Shown one piece after another: positions 51,933 through 64,000 of a stretch of 64,000 bases of DNA (position 1 is its first letter; every line of letters begins with the position of its first letter). The stretch is from Mobula hypostoma. Lineage: Eukaryota. A program made the translations under genes and the position numbers. The notes beneath the pieces are model-generated. The model was not told where the DNA came from and searched no databases. It saw nothing but the letters and a program-made list of their open reading frames with translations. The stretch lies in contig NC_086098.1 of assembly GCF_963921235.1 (NCBI RefSeq), positions 6,820,001 to 6,884,000 on the forward strand, in the 5' to 3' direction.

Positions 51933-52860
51933 TATTAAGTTCGTGGCCTAAGGTAGAAGGAGTCAATTTTAGAAACCTTGACACATTTATTTTTCAACAT
52001 AGTCCCCTCCTAAATTTATAGTTTATACTTTAAACTTTATTGTCGCCAAATAATTGATACTGGAACGTACAATCATCACAGCGACATTTGATTCTGCGCT
52101 TCCCGCTCCCTGGAGTACAAAATAGAAAATGGAAAGTAAGGTAGTGCAAAAAAAACCGAGAGGCAGATCCGGATATTTGGAGGATACAGCCCAGATCCGG
52201 GTCGGGATCTGTTCAGCAGTCTTATCACAGTTGGAAAGAAGCTGTTCCCAAATCTGGTCGTACGAGTCTTCAAGCTTCTGAGCCTTCTCCTGGAGGGGAG
52301 AGGGACGAAAAGTGTGTTGGCTGGGTGGGTTGTGTCCTTGATTATCCTGGCAGCACTGCTCCGACAGCGTGCGGTGTGAAGTGAGTCCAGGGACGGAGGA
52401 TTGGTTTGTGTGATGTGCTGGGCTGTGTTCACGATCTTCTGCAGCTTCTTCCGGTCTTGGACAGGACAACTTCCATACCAGGCTGTGATGCACCCTGGAA
52501 GAATGCTTTCTAGGGATCCCTTCTCTGTAAAAGTGGTCCACAGCAGGAGTAATTGATAAGTTTGTGGCCTAAGGTAGAAGGAGATGAGTTATTAACTTCA
52601 AACTTTCTGCATAATCACTCAGAGTTGAACTGCATGTGCATCTAACGAGAGCTGTATAACTCATCTCCTTCTACCTTAGGCCACAAGCTTATCAATCACC
52701 CCTGCTATGGACACTTTCTGGAGGTCCAAGATCCATATGCTCCACGACCGCTGGACTAAGTGTGTAAGTGTAGGAGGGGACTATGTTGAAAAATAAATGT
52801 GCTAGGTTTTCTAAAATGATTCCTTCTACCTTAGGCCATGAACTTATCAATCACCCCTCG
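51933..52860. mobile_element. Mariner-derived palindromic (foldback) MITE with doubled TIRs
   Basis: TAAGTTCGTGGCCTAAGGTAGAAGGA occurs four times (two forward, two reverse); right end CACCCCTCG+TA; RWTKCVSVGGDYVEK* (52749-52796) is a mariner transposase C-terminus, partly mirrored at ~51987-52012. Confidence 0.85.
52020..52512 (-). mobile_element. Young Rex1/Babar-like 3' fragment nested in the mariner MITE
   Basis: NTAQHITQTNPPSLDSLHTARCRSSAARIIKDTTHPANTLFVPLPSRRRLRSLKTRTTRFGNSFFPTVIRLLN; TAAAGTT/TAAAGTA tail. Confidence 0.88.
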
Positions 52861-53514
52861 TATGTATTGCATTGTACTGCTGCCACAAAACAACAAATTT
52901 CACAACATATGGCAGTGTTATTAAACGTGACTCTGATTCAGATTCTGACAGAGCTGGTTTTTGATCGAACTAAACTTAAATAAAATGTTTTATTTGAAAA
53001 GAACAGAAGTTCAGTTATTTTTATTGTTCCTTCTCCATAAGGAACAACCTATTAATAAAATCTAATTTGCAGAAACTGCTCATTTCAGAGCCTTACATTC
53101 TTTTGTCTTCATTACCATGTCTTAATTACTGAGCAGCACAAGCAATCTGTTCAAAGAATTTCTTCCCAAGTGCTAAAGAGTAACTTTAGGGAGAAAAGTA
53201 GCTACAGTCAGCATTAGAAAAGTGCCACAGTAATTGGTTTACTTTTAAATAGGGCATAATTGAGCATAATTTTGTAAAAAAATTACGATTCTAATATATT
53301 GACTTCAATCATTTCACATTTTCAATTGTACGTTCTGTCCTAATTATTTGGTAAGGAACAAAGAACCTTGGACAATTTCTTCCCACTACTTTTCTGTGTA
53401 ATATCCCTGCCAGCTGGATATATTTGTGTTTTCTGACATGAAGAAATATCAGAATTCAGATAATTTATTCGTTCGTTATGCGCCGTGTCGTATGACATAG
53501 GTGATCAGAATCTT

Positions 53515-55010
53515 TCCAAGCAAAATGCTGGAGAAACTCAGCAGGCATCTGTGGAAAAAAATAAGCAGTTGACGTTTTGGGCTGAGACCCTTCGGCAGGA
53601 CTGGAGAAAAAAAGATGAGGAGTCAGAGTAAGAAGATGGTGCGAGAAGATGAAGAAACACAAGGTGATAGGTGAATCCAGGAGGGGTGGACAGATGAAGT
53701 AAAGAGCTGGGAAGTTGATTGGTGACTGAAATGCAGGGCAGGAGAAGGGGAATTCTGATAGCAGAGGACAGAAGGCCAGGGAAGAACGAAAAGGGGGAGA
53801 AGCACCAGAGGGAGGTGATGGGCAGGTACGGAGATAAGGTGAGAGAGGAAAATGGGAGTGGCGAATGGTGAAGGAAGGGTGGGGGGCATTACCAGAAATT
53901 CGAGGTGTAGGGGCAGGTGTAGCACTTGTTCCACTTGCAAGGATAAGTGCCAGGAGGGAGATCAATGGGGGGGGGGTGCGTGCAGGGAGAACAAATTGAC
54001 AAGGGAGACTTGTAGAAAATGGTCCTTGTGGAAAGCAGAAAGTTGAAGGAGCAGAGAGAAGGATGTGTTTGGTGATAGAATCATGTTGGAGATGGCAGAA
54101 GTTATGGAGATGTATGTGTTGGATGCAGAGGATGGTGGGTTGGTAGGTGGTGATGTAGCAGGAGGATGAGGTGAGGACAGGTGTGTGCAAAATGGAAGAG
54201 ATGTGGGTGAGGGCAGTGTTGATGGTGGAGGAAGGAAAGCCTTTTTCTTTGAAGAAGGAGGACATCTTCTTAGTTCTGGAATGAAAAACCTCATCCTGAA
54301 AGCAGATGTGGTGGAGACGAAGGAACTCTGTATGTTCCACCCGGGCAGCCTCCATCCTGATGGCATGAACATCGATTTCTCAAACTTCCAGTAATGCACC
54401 CCCCCACCCAATCTCCTTCACCATTCTCCATTCTCTTTTCCCTCTCTCACCTTATCTTCTTACCTGCCCAGCTCCTCCCCTTTTTCTTTCTCGCACCCGC
54501 TCCATGAACTGTTTGTTCTTCTGCCATCAGGCAAACGTTACAGGAGCATCAAAACTAAAACCACAAGGCTACTAAACAGCTTCCTCCCACAGGCAGTCAG
54601 ACTGCTAAATAGCTGCTCCACCTGACTCTGCTTTGGACACTTTTAACTTGCACTGGACACTTATAACTGATTTAACTGACATGTGGCTGTTGTGTTTTAC
54701 TATTTATTGTTATGTTTATTATTCAGTGTTGCATTTGTTATGTTATGATTGCACTACCCCTGAAAAACGCTGTCTCATTCTGCCCTGCAGAGCTGATGTA
54801 CAGTTAGAATGACAATGAAGTTTTTTGAATCTTGAATCTTGAATCTTCTTCCATGGCCTTCTGTCCTCTCCCATCAGATTCCCCATTCTCCAGCCCTGTA
54901 TCTCCTTCACCAATCAACTTCCCAGCTCTTTATTTCATCCCTCGCCCTCTCCTCGTTTCACCTATCACCTTTTGTTTCTTCCTCCCCTCCTCCACTTTCT
55001 TACTTTGACT
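53515..55010. mobile_element. Penelope-like element: minus-strand body (53515-54328) joined to an inverted 3' end (54329-55010)
   Basis: Minus: EFLRLHHICFQDEVFHSRTKKMSSFFKEKGFPSSTINTAL; plus: GSLHPDGMNIDFSNFQ* (PLE GIY-YIG C-terminus) then pyrimidine-rich UTR. Confidence 0.8.
54495..54845 (+). mobile_element. Rex1/Babar-like 3' fragment nested in the PLE UTR
   Basis: HPLHELFVLLPSGKRYRSIKTKTTRLLNSFLPQAVRLLN; (TCTTGAA)n tail. Confidence 0.85.
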
Positions 55011-55204
55011 GCTCCTGCAATAAAATAAGAATATATTATAATAAAGTAAGACTATTGTTTGAATCAGGAACTGTACATTGCCAAAGGAGGTTAAGACCTT
55101 GATGATGAAGAGTTTCCTGCTTTTTCCCATATGAAAATAAAAGGATCAGCCCTGATTGAATGGCGGAGTAAATGGTCTAATTCTGCTCCTATGCCTTATG
55201 GTCA

Positions 55205-56250
55205 TTGAGTACCTCTGTGGTCGTTCTCCTGAATAATAAGAATACCACTTTGGGTACTGTTGAAGGGGACGTACTGGGGGTGGGGTGCAATAATCAGATC
55301 TCTTGTCCTGAGTCTGGTGCTGTGGCTCTGAAGAGCAGAGAGGTGAAGAAGACTGCAGTGTTGATAGGAGATTCCTCAGTCAGAGGAGCAGAGACGAGAT
55401 TCTGTGGACATGATCGAGATACCCAGATGGTACGTTGCCTCCCAGGTGCCAGGGTCAGCGACATCTCTGATCGGGTCCACAGCATTCTAAAGGGGGAGGG
55501 TGAGTAGCCAGAAATCTTGATACTTATTGATACCCAATGGCAGAGGTAGGAAATGGGAGGAGGTCCTGAAGAGAGAATATAGAGAGTTTGGTAGAAAGCT
55601 GAAAAGCAGGACCTCCGGGGTAGTAATCTCTGGATTGCTGCTTGTGTCATGTGCTAGTGAGGATGACTTGGCAGACGAATGTGTGATTGAAGAATTGGTG
55701 CAGGGGGCAGGATTTCAGATGTCTGGATCATTGGGATCTCTTCTGGGGAAGGTATGACCCGTACAAAAGTGACGGGTTACACCTGAAGCTGATGGGGATG
55801 AATATACTTGTGGGCAGATTTGCTAGAGCAGCTGGGAAGGGTGTAAACTAATTTGGAAGGGGGGGTGAGAACCAGATTCATAGGGCAGGTGATCTATGAG
55901 AAAATTGTATGAAAATTGTAGTCATTGGGATGAGTTTCAGTGTAACACGGGAGCAAATTCAAAAAGGGTGATGGACACAGGACTGAAGCTGTTATATATG
56001 GATGCACACAGTACATAGAATGCAGTTAGAGATTGGTAATTAAAACACTGTGGGCATCACTGAGTCATAGCTGAAAGAAGATCCTACCTGGGTGTTTAAC
56101 ATCCAAGGATTCACATTGTATTGAAAGGACAGGCAGGTAAACACAGAGGGTGGCCTAGCATTGTTGGTAAACAATGACATCTAATCCTTAGAAAGAGATG
56201 ATTTAAGGTGAGAAAATGTAGAATCCTTGGGGGTAGAGTTAAGAAACTTA
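55205..56250 (+). mobile_element. CR1 fragment: ORF1 esterase and start of ORF2 endonuclease
   Basis: AVLIGDSSVRG..CLPGARVSDISDRVHSILKGEGE; LKSRTSGVVISGLL; GACGGGTTACACCTG (DGLHL); GGCATCACTGAGTCA (GITES). Confidence 0.85.
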
Positions 56251-59147
56251 ATGTGCCTGTTATTTGCCAGTAGTGCACGTCATGGACAATTGATTAGAGT
56301 AGGGGAGGTGCTGGTGGAGGGGTAGGGGTGTTGTTGCTGGTGGGATTGAGCTGGTGATTTGTTAAATACAGTATTTTCCTGTTCAGTGCATGACCCCTGC
56401 TGGATCAGGATCAGAATCAGATTCAAGTTTAATAACTCTGGCATGTGTAGCTGATGGGCCTTACCCCAGTGAGATCGGGACATCCCTGTCCTAGAAAACA
56501 AAGTCAGCTCTGGCAGACTGGGCAGATAGGGTCTGCAGTGAGATCCAGCAGGCTCCTTGGAGGGCGAAGGGCATGACGAGGCAGAGAAAACGTCGCGGTC
56601 ATCCACTGTCACCAAGGAAGACCCCAGTGGAACAGGTTTCCACTTTAAAAACTCTCCCACACCAGTCTCCTGTTATCAGACACAACGAACAACCTCCATG
56701 TTTTGAAATTTGTTGTTTTGTGGCAGCAGTATAATGTAATGCATAATAATATTAAAAAATTAAGTTTCTGTAAGTGTATTAAGCAATGTTACATATGTGT
56801 ACAATAAATTTAATTAAGTAGTGCAAAAAGAAAGCAAAATATAGTGAGGTAGTGTTCATAAGTTCATTGTCCATTCAGAAATTTGATGGTGGAAGGGAAG
56901 AAGCTGTTCCTGAAGCACTGAGTGTGTGTCTTCAGGCTGCTGTACCTCCTTCCTGATGGTGGTGATCAGAAGAGAGCACGTCCTTGGTGATGGGGTCCTT
57001 AATGATGGAAGCTGCGTTTCTGAGGCATCGCCTTTGAAGACGTCCTGGATGCAGGGATGGCTAGTGTCCATGATGGAGCTGGCTGAGTTTACTACTTTAT
57101 GTAGCTTATTCCGATTCCCCACATGCCCATAATCTTGAGGAAGAAACATCTTTTCAATCTATCTACTGTCACTATGTCCATAATTCATATCTGATTATTC
57201 CATTATTAATTTCTCTCCCATATACTGTATATGTTTGCGTATCTGTACAGTCAGATGATATTAAACTTGAACTTTGGATTGATAGCACCATTAGTCCTCC
57301 TCATTTAGGGAAGTGTAATTTTCTTCCTAACCACAGAAAGAAAAAAAAAATGAAGTGCAGTTGAACATTTCAAACTAATACTAATATTTATTATCAAACT
57401 GGATGAAGGGTCAGAGTAAACCTTGCTCTTGATCATCAGAATCAGGTTTAATATCACTGTCGTAAAATCTGTTGTTATGCAGTGGCAGTACAGTGCAATA
57501 CAAAACAATAAAAACAGTAAATTATGGTAAGAAGGTAATTTGAAGTTAAACAAGTGGTGAAAAAAGAGAAAGAAAAAGTAGTGAAGTAGTCTATCTTAAT
57601 TATAACAATTCGTATACCTTGCATCACTTGTGACAATTTCTTGCTTTATTGTGGTTGTACAACAACTTGTGATTTGTTTTGGCTTGTGTGGATATAATAA
57701 TATGGGTAACTTTTACCAATTTCGGAAGTTAAAATATTGCAAAGATTTGGAGTAGCACGCACAAAATGCTGGAGGAACTCAGCAGGTCGGGCAGCATCTA
57801 TGGAGAGGAGTAAAGAGTTGACGTTTGGGCTGAGACCCTTCATCAGGACTTTTGTTTATGTTTCAATTTATATTGGTTTAAGGCATCTGTTAGTCTTACG
57901 AGACCATGGATCTGCGCCTGGAATGTCTTCACTCTCCAGGGCGCAGGCCTGGGCAAGGTTGTATGGAAGACCAGTAGTTGCCCATGCTGCTAGTCTCCCC
58001 TCTACACGCCAACGATGTTGTCCAAGGGAAGGGCATTAGGACCCATACAGCTTGGCACCAGTGTCGTTGCAGAGCACTGTGTGATTAAGTGCCTTGCTCA
58101 AGGACACAACACACCGCCTTGGCTGGGGCTCGAACTCACGACCTTCAAATCGCTAGTCCACTGCCTTAACCACTTGGCCACGTGCCCACATATATTGGTT
58201 TATGTAGGTCTAATAATATGGGCTTTGGGCAGATGGGCTCATCAGCTGTGGTTGGCAGCTCATCTTGAAGAAGGAAAACTCTGATCTCAAATTTCCGCTG
58301 CCTTACGGTTATACCCGTTCATGGCGAAGGCTTCGGGAGTAAACCTCAAAGAAAATTCCGGAATTGGAGTCCCTAAGGCAGCCCTACCTTGAGTGTAACA
58401 CTGAGTGGCAACTCCTGCAACACCGCTGGTGCTAAGCTGTATTGGTCTCGGCTGTTACTTTGGTTTCGTCAGCTACGTGGAGAGGAGGGGCCTGCTGCAC
58501 GGGCAACAGCTGACTTTCCATATCGTACAGCTCTGGTTTGTGCACTGGCTTTCATCTCACTTAGAGAGCTAGGACACAACATCCATTATCGAACCCACCA
58601 ACGGAGGGTCTCAAATAATATGGGTCTCTCTTGGCCCTTAGCTCTCATTGGAGTGGAGCGTAGGCCATCAATGACCTCCTGTCTCCGTCGTCCTCTGAAG
58701 GTGATGGTACAGTTGGAGTTCATCAGTGCTTCTGCAATCCAGTTCATCCACTGTAAAAGCATTGGCCCATACAACTTCACCAGATCTCTGTTGGCCGGTC
58801 TTACCCATTTCCCCCTCTCACAACAGGGATGTAGGATTGGACTTTGGGAGGCAAATAATACAGGTACTATTTACTAATTTCAAGAATCATTCCCACTATT
58901 TTCATTAATTTAATAGCCCTTGATTGTAATCCTTGAAACCTGAACAATTCCTCAGAATTTCTATGCTGCACAAAGCCGACACTAAAATGTTTCCATCACT
59001 CGGTAATTACAAGGCAGTTAGCCACAGAAGCCACAAAATGGCTTGCCTGAAACTGAGAAGTCAATGGAAGAAGAAATCAGACCTCAACCCGGCAGTCTGT
59101 GGTACATGTCACCTCGATGTGTAAACGGAAAATATGAAACTCCAAGG

Positions 59148-59640
59148 AAGTCTGCAGATGCTGGGAATCCAAAGCAACACACATGAAATGCTGGAGGGAG
59201 TCAGCAGGCCAGACAGCGTAATGGAATTGAATAAACAGTTTACATTTCAGACCGAGACCTTTCATCAGAACTGGAAAGCAAGGGGAAGACGCCAAAATAA
59301 AAAGATGGATGGAGGAGAAGGAGGATAGATGGAAGGTGATAGGTGAAGCCACATGGGTGCAAAAGGTAAAAGGGCTGGAGAGGAAGCAATCTGATAGGAG
59401 AGGAGAGTGGACCATAGGAGAAAGGGGAGCAGGAAGGGACACATGGGGATGTGATAGGCAGGTGAGAAGAGGTAAAGGACCAGAGTGGGGAATAGAAGAA
59501 GAGAGGAGGGAGAGGGACTTTTTTTAATGGAGGGAGAGATGGATATTGGTTGGAGGCTACCCAGGAAGAATACAAGGTGTTGCTCCTGCACTGCGTTGGT
59601 GACCTCATCTTGGCACGAGAGGGGGCGATGGACTGATATG
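59148..59640 (-). mobile_element. Penelope-like 3' fragment
   Basis: QEQHLVFFLGSLQP GIY-YIG C-terminus; terminal repeat with decayed hammerhead at ~59236-59275. Confidence 0.75.
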
Positions 59641-60146
59641 CATTTAGGGGTGCAAGCAGGAGAATGTGGTTGAGTGGGAAAATAAATCAGCTATGATTGA
59701 ATGACAGAGCAGACTTAATGAACTGAATGGCCTAATTCAGCTGCTATGTTTTGCGATCTTATTGCCTCTAACTTTCAAGAGCCTTATTTCTGTTTGGTAA
59801 GTCTTTGCTGAGAGCCACACTAATGTATCCAGACCATGTAGTATTTGCTTGTTGTGTTGTTCTTCACCTTGTGGAATAGCACCACATTTTGGAGAAATGT
59901 TCACCACTTTACTGAAGTCTCTCAAATTTGAGATGAAGAAAACGTGTAAATCAGGATGATTTAAAAAGTAGCAGCTCAGTAACACACAAAGCACTGGATG
60001 AACTCAGCAGGTCAGGCAGCAATCAAAAACACTGTAAATATAAAAGCAATCCCATAAAGCACTATGTACAAGTGACTGTGATATATGATTGTATGTACAT
60101 ACAGTGATGCTAGATGATATGGATGTAGTGCTGATGGGGTGGGTGA

Positions 60147-60874
60147 AGGCTGATTTATACTTCTGCATAATGCCTATACCGCAGCCTACACAAGTGGCCA
60201 AAGCCACTGTGAGTATTTATACTTGTGCGTTGGTGTGTCTGCATCGCTCTGCAATTCACAGCCAAAACGCTAGTCGGCCGTGGGGTTTCTATGCCACTGT
60301 GTTGAGTTTCTTCGTGTTGAAACTCAACACGAAGAAACTCAAACTTCAAACAATGGCGACTGAAACTGAAGGAGGGTGAATTTTCTGCGCTTGTCTGGCC
60401 ACTGACAGACATGGACAAGGAAATGCATTTCAAATATTTTTGGATGTCGGCAGGTAGATTTGATGATTTGGTTCATCTCCTACCATTTATTTCGCATCAG
60501 TGTACACACAGTATACTCAGAGACTGGCAATCACCGTTCGAGTTTTAGCTTCAGGTGGAAGTCCACAGGCTGTAGCAGCTAGCTACAAACTGGTGTCAAG
60601 CACAGGGTCCTCCATAATTTCGGAGGTCTGTAAAGCTTTATGGAAAGTATTGCAGCCAGAGTTCCTTCCCTGCCCTCCAGTCGCCCAATGGGAAGCTATT
60701 GCAGCGTAGGAGGAAATGCGATGCTACCAAGTGGACCAATCACAGTTGTTGCGGTCTGTGTCGCCGTGACGCCTAGTTACATTTTTTGGGGAGGTGCGCG
60801 TCAGGCTACGGCATAGGGTACGCGGCTACACCCTACCTACGGTGTAGATTTCACGCAGAAGTATAAATTGGCCT
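60147..60874 (+). mobile_element. Internally deleted PIF/Harbinger transposon (728 bp)
   Basis: TIRs AGGCTGATTTATACTTCTGC / GCAGAAGTATAAATTGGCCT; 3-bp target TGA/TTA; HARBI1-like remnant [48 protein letters not shown]. Confidence 0.88.
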
Positions 60875-61584
60875 TTAGTGGGTGCAGGTATTGATCAGTC
60901 TGACTGCTTGGGGAAAGTAAGTGTTTTTGAGTCTAGTGGTCCTGGTGTGGATTCTACATAGCCTCCTCCCTCAGTCCATAAGCAGGGAGGGTAGGATCCT
61001 TCGTGCTGTTACTGGCCCTTTTCCAGCACCCTTATATATGCTTCCATTTGACAAGAAATGTTTAAGTTGCTTTTTAAATCTGTTACTTTTCCCCAAGGTG
61101 TCAGACTGACCAACATCTCCATCCTCCACCACACCCCACCAACTCTACATCTACACCAGTCACTGATCAGAGCCCCCACCCATTGACTGTCCTCACCACT
61201 AACACAGTCACTGTCCGATGGAAAAGTGTACAATCCATGTTTTGGGCCTGACGAAGGGTTTCGGCCCGAAACATTCACTGTACTTTTTTCACAGATGCTG
61301 CCTGGCCTGCTGAGTTGCTCCAGCATTTTGTGAGTGTTGCTCGAGTTTCCAGCATCTGCAGATTTTCTCTGATCTGCAGTCACTGTCCTGCTGTGTTTGC
61401 ACATGGCCTGCTGCTACCGAGAAGAGTTCCTCTTGCCAAGAGACGCTTTGTCATTTCCTGTCAGAGTCACCTTACACACAGATATTCCTATACCTAGCGG
61501 CACTTTAGGAACATATAATCAATCTATGTCTGTAAGCTAATCGTATGTATATATAGCCACAATCATGTTCTCAGTATTATTTAT

Positions 61585-64000
61585 AGAAGCATAGAAACAT
61601 AGAAAACCTACAGCACAATACAGGCCCTTTGGCCCACAATACTGTGCTGAACATGTCCTTACTTTGGAAATTACCTAGGGTTACAAATAGCCCTCTATTT
61701 TTCTGAGCTCCATGTACCTGTCCAGGAGTCTCTTAAAAGACCTTATTGAATCCACCTCCACCACCGTCACTGGCAGCCCATTCCACACACTCACCACTCT
61801 CTGTGTAAAAAACTTACCCCTGACATCTCCTCTGTACCTCCTTTCAAGCACCTTAAAACTATGCCCTCTCATGTTAGCCATTTCAGCCCTGGGAAAAAGC
61901 CTCTGAATATCAACACGATCAATGCCTCTCATCATCTTATACACCTCTATCAGTTACCTCTTATCCTCCGTCACTCAAAGGAGAAAAGGCCGAGTTCACT
62001 CACCCTATTCTCATAAGGCACGCTCCCCAATCCAGGCAACATCCTTGTAGTCATAGTCATAGTCATAGTCATGCTTTATTGATCCCGGGGGAAACTGGTT
62101 TTCGTTACAGTTGCACCATAAATAATAAATAGTAATAAAACCATAAATAGTTAAATAGTAATATGTAAATTATGCCAGGAAATAAGTCCAGGACCAGCCT
62201 ATTGGATCACGGTGTCTGACCCTCCAAGGGAGGAGTTGTAAAGTTTGATGGCCACAGGCAGGAATGACTTCCTATGACGCTCTGTGTTGCATCTCGGTGG
62301 AATGAGTCTCGGGCTGAATGTACTCCTGTGCCCACCCAGTACATTATGTAGTGAATGGGAGACATTGTCCAAGATGGCATGCAACTTGGACAGCGTCCTC
62401 CTGTGCACCTTTTCTATGGCTTCCACATCCCTCCTGTAGTGAGGCGACCAGAACTGAGCACAGTACTCCAAGTAGGGTCTAACTAAGGTCTTATATAGCT
62501 GTATCATTACCTCATGGGTTTTGAACTTAGTCCCATGGTTGATGAAGGCCACCACATCATATGACTTCTTAACCACACAGTCAACCTGCGTAGCAGCTTC
62601 GAGTGTCCTATGGACTCGGATCCCAAGATCCCTCTGATCCTCCACACTGCCAAGAGTCTTACCATTAATACTATATCTGCCATCATAGTTGACCTACCAA
62701 AATGGATCACCTCACACTTATCTGGGTTGAACTCCACCTGCCACTTCTCAACCCATTTTTGCATCCTATCGATGTCCCACTGTAACCTCTGACAACCCTC
62801 CACACTATCCACAACACCCCCAACCTTTGTGTCATCAGCAAATTTACTAACCCATCCCTCCACTTCCTCATCCAGGTCATTTATAAAAATCACGAAGAGT
62901 AGGGGACCCAGAACGGATCCCTGAGGCACACCACTGGTCACCGACCTCTGTGCAGAAAATGACCCATCTACAACCACTGTGGGCAAGCCAATTCTGGATC
63001 CACAAAGCAATGTCCCCTTGGATCCCATCCCTCCTTACTTTCTCAATAAGCCATGCATGGGGTACCTTATCAAATGCCTTGCTGAAATCCATATGCACTA
63101 CATCTACTGCTCTTATCTTCATCAATATGTTTAGTCACGTCCTCAAGGAATTCGATCAGGCTCGTAAGGAACAACATGCCTTTGACAAAGCCATGCTGAC
63201 TATTCCTAATCATATTTTACCTCTCCAAATCTTCATAAATCCTGCATCTCAGGATCTTCAACGTCAACTTATCAACCACTGAAGTAAGACTTACTGGTCT
63301 ATAATTTCCTGGGCTATCTCTACTCCCTTTCTTGAATAGGGGAACAACATCTGCAACCCTCTAATCCTCCAGAACCTCTCCTGTCCTCATTGATGATGCA
63401 GAGATCATTGTTAGAGGCTCAGCAATCTCCTCCCTCGCAGCCTGGAGTACATCTTGTCTGGTCCCGGTGACTTATCCAACTTGATGTTTTCCAAAAGCTC
63501 CAGCACATCCTCTTCCTTAATATCTACATGCTCAAGCTTTTTAGTCCATTGTAAGTCATCCCTACAATCGCCAAGATCCTCTTCCATAGTGAATACTGAA
63601 GCAAAGTATTCATTAAGTACCTCTGCCATCTGCTCCCCTTCCATTCACACTTTTCCACTGTCACACTTGATTGGTCCTATTCTCTCATGTCTTATCCTCT
63701 TGCTCTTCACATACTTGTAGAATTCCTTGGGGTTTTCCTTAAACCTGTCCACCAAGGCCTTCTCATGGCCCCTTATCGCTCTCCTAATTCCTTCCTGCTA
63801 GCCTTATAATTTTCTACTTCTCTATCATTGCCTAGTTTTTTAAACCTTTCATAAGCTTTTCTTTTCTTCATGACTAGATTTCCAGCAGCTTGTGTACACC
63901 ACGGTTCCTGTACCCTACCATCCTTTCCCTGTGTCATTAGAAGGTACATATGCAGAACTCCACGCAAATATCCCCTGAACATTTACCACATTTCTGCCAT
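61585..64000 (-). mobile_element. CR1 LINE ORF2 fragment running off the window end
   Basis: [53 protein letters not shown]; (TTTCTATG)n tail at ~61585. Confidence 0.93.
62050..62397 (-). mobile_element. Rex1/Babar-like 3' fragment with (GACTAT)n tail nested in CR1
   Basis: LSKLHAILDNVSHSLH..RLIPPRCNTERHRKSFLPVAIKLYN; CR1 sequence continues on both sides. Confidence 0.85.

Noticed and set aside
62199..62645. 148-aa ORF
   Set aside because: Chimera across the CR1/Rex1-like nesting junction within a dead element.

Overview
Eukaryotic, repeat-dense vertebrate DNA. The mix of CR1 LINEs, V-SINEs and Penelope termini points to a cartilaginous fish (ray/shark), which is an inference. No host gene could be recognised, so the window is probably intronic or intergenic. 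Most of it is nested transposable-element debris: CR1 LINEs (one near full length with ORF1 zinc-finger/esterase, split by a younger antisense CR1), many Rex1/Babar-like 3' ends, Penelope-like termini carrying minimal hammerhead-ribozyme motifs, a 5'-truncated HERO-like RLE retrotransposon with a TSD, two solo LTRs of one family with 4-bp TSDs (one has CG...CG instead of TG...CA ends), Tc1, Tigger, hAT, mariner-foldback and Harbinger DNA elements, V-SINEs, RTE-related SINE-like repeats, and a ~2.9-kb compound (CA)n array. A few TE-free islands hold weak candidate exons. Family calls come from reading motifs by eye, not from database searches. Boundaries without a TSD or TIR are approximate.
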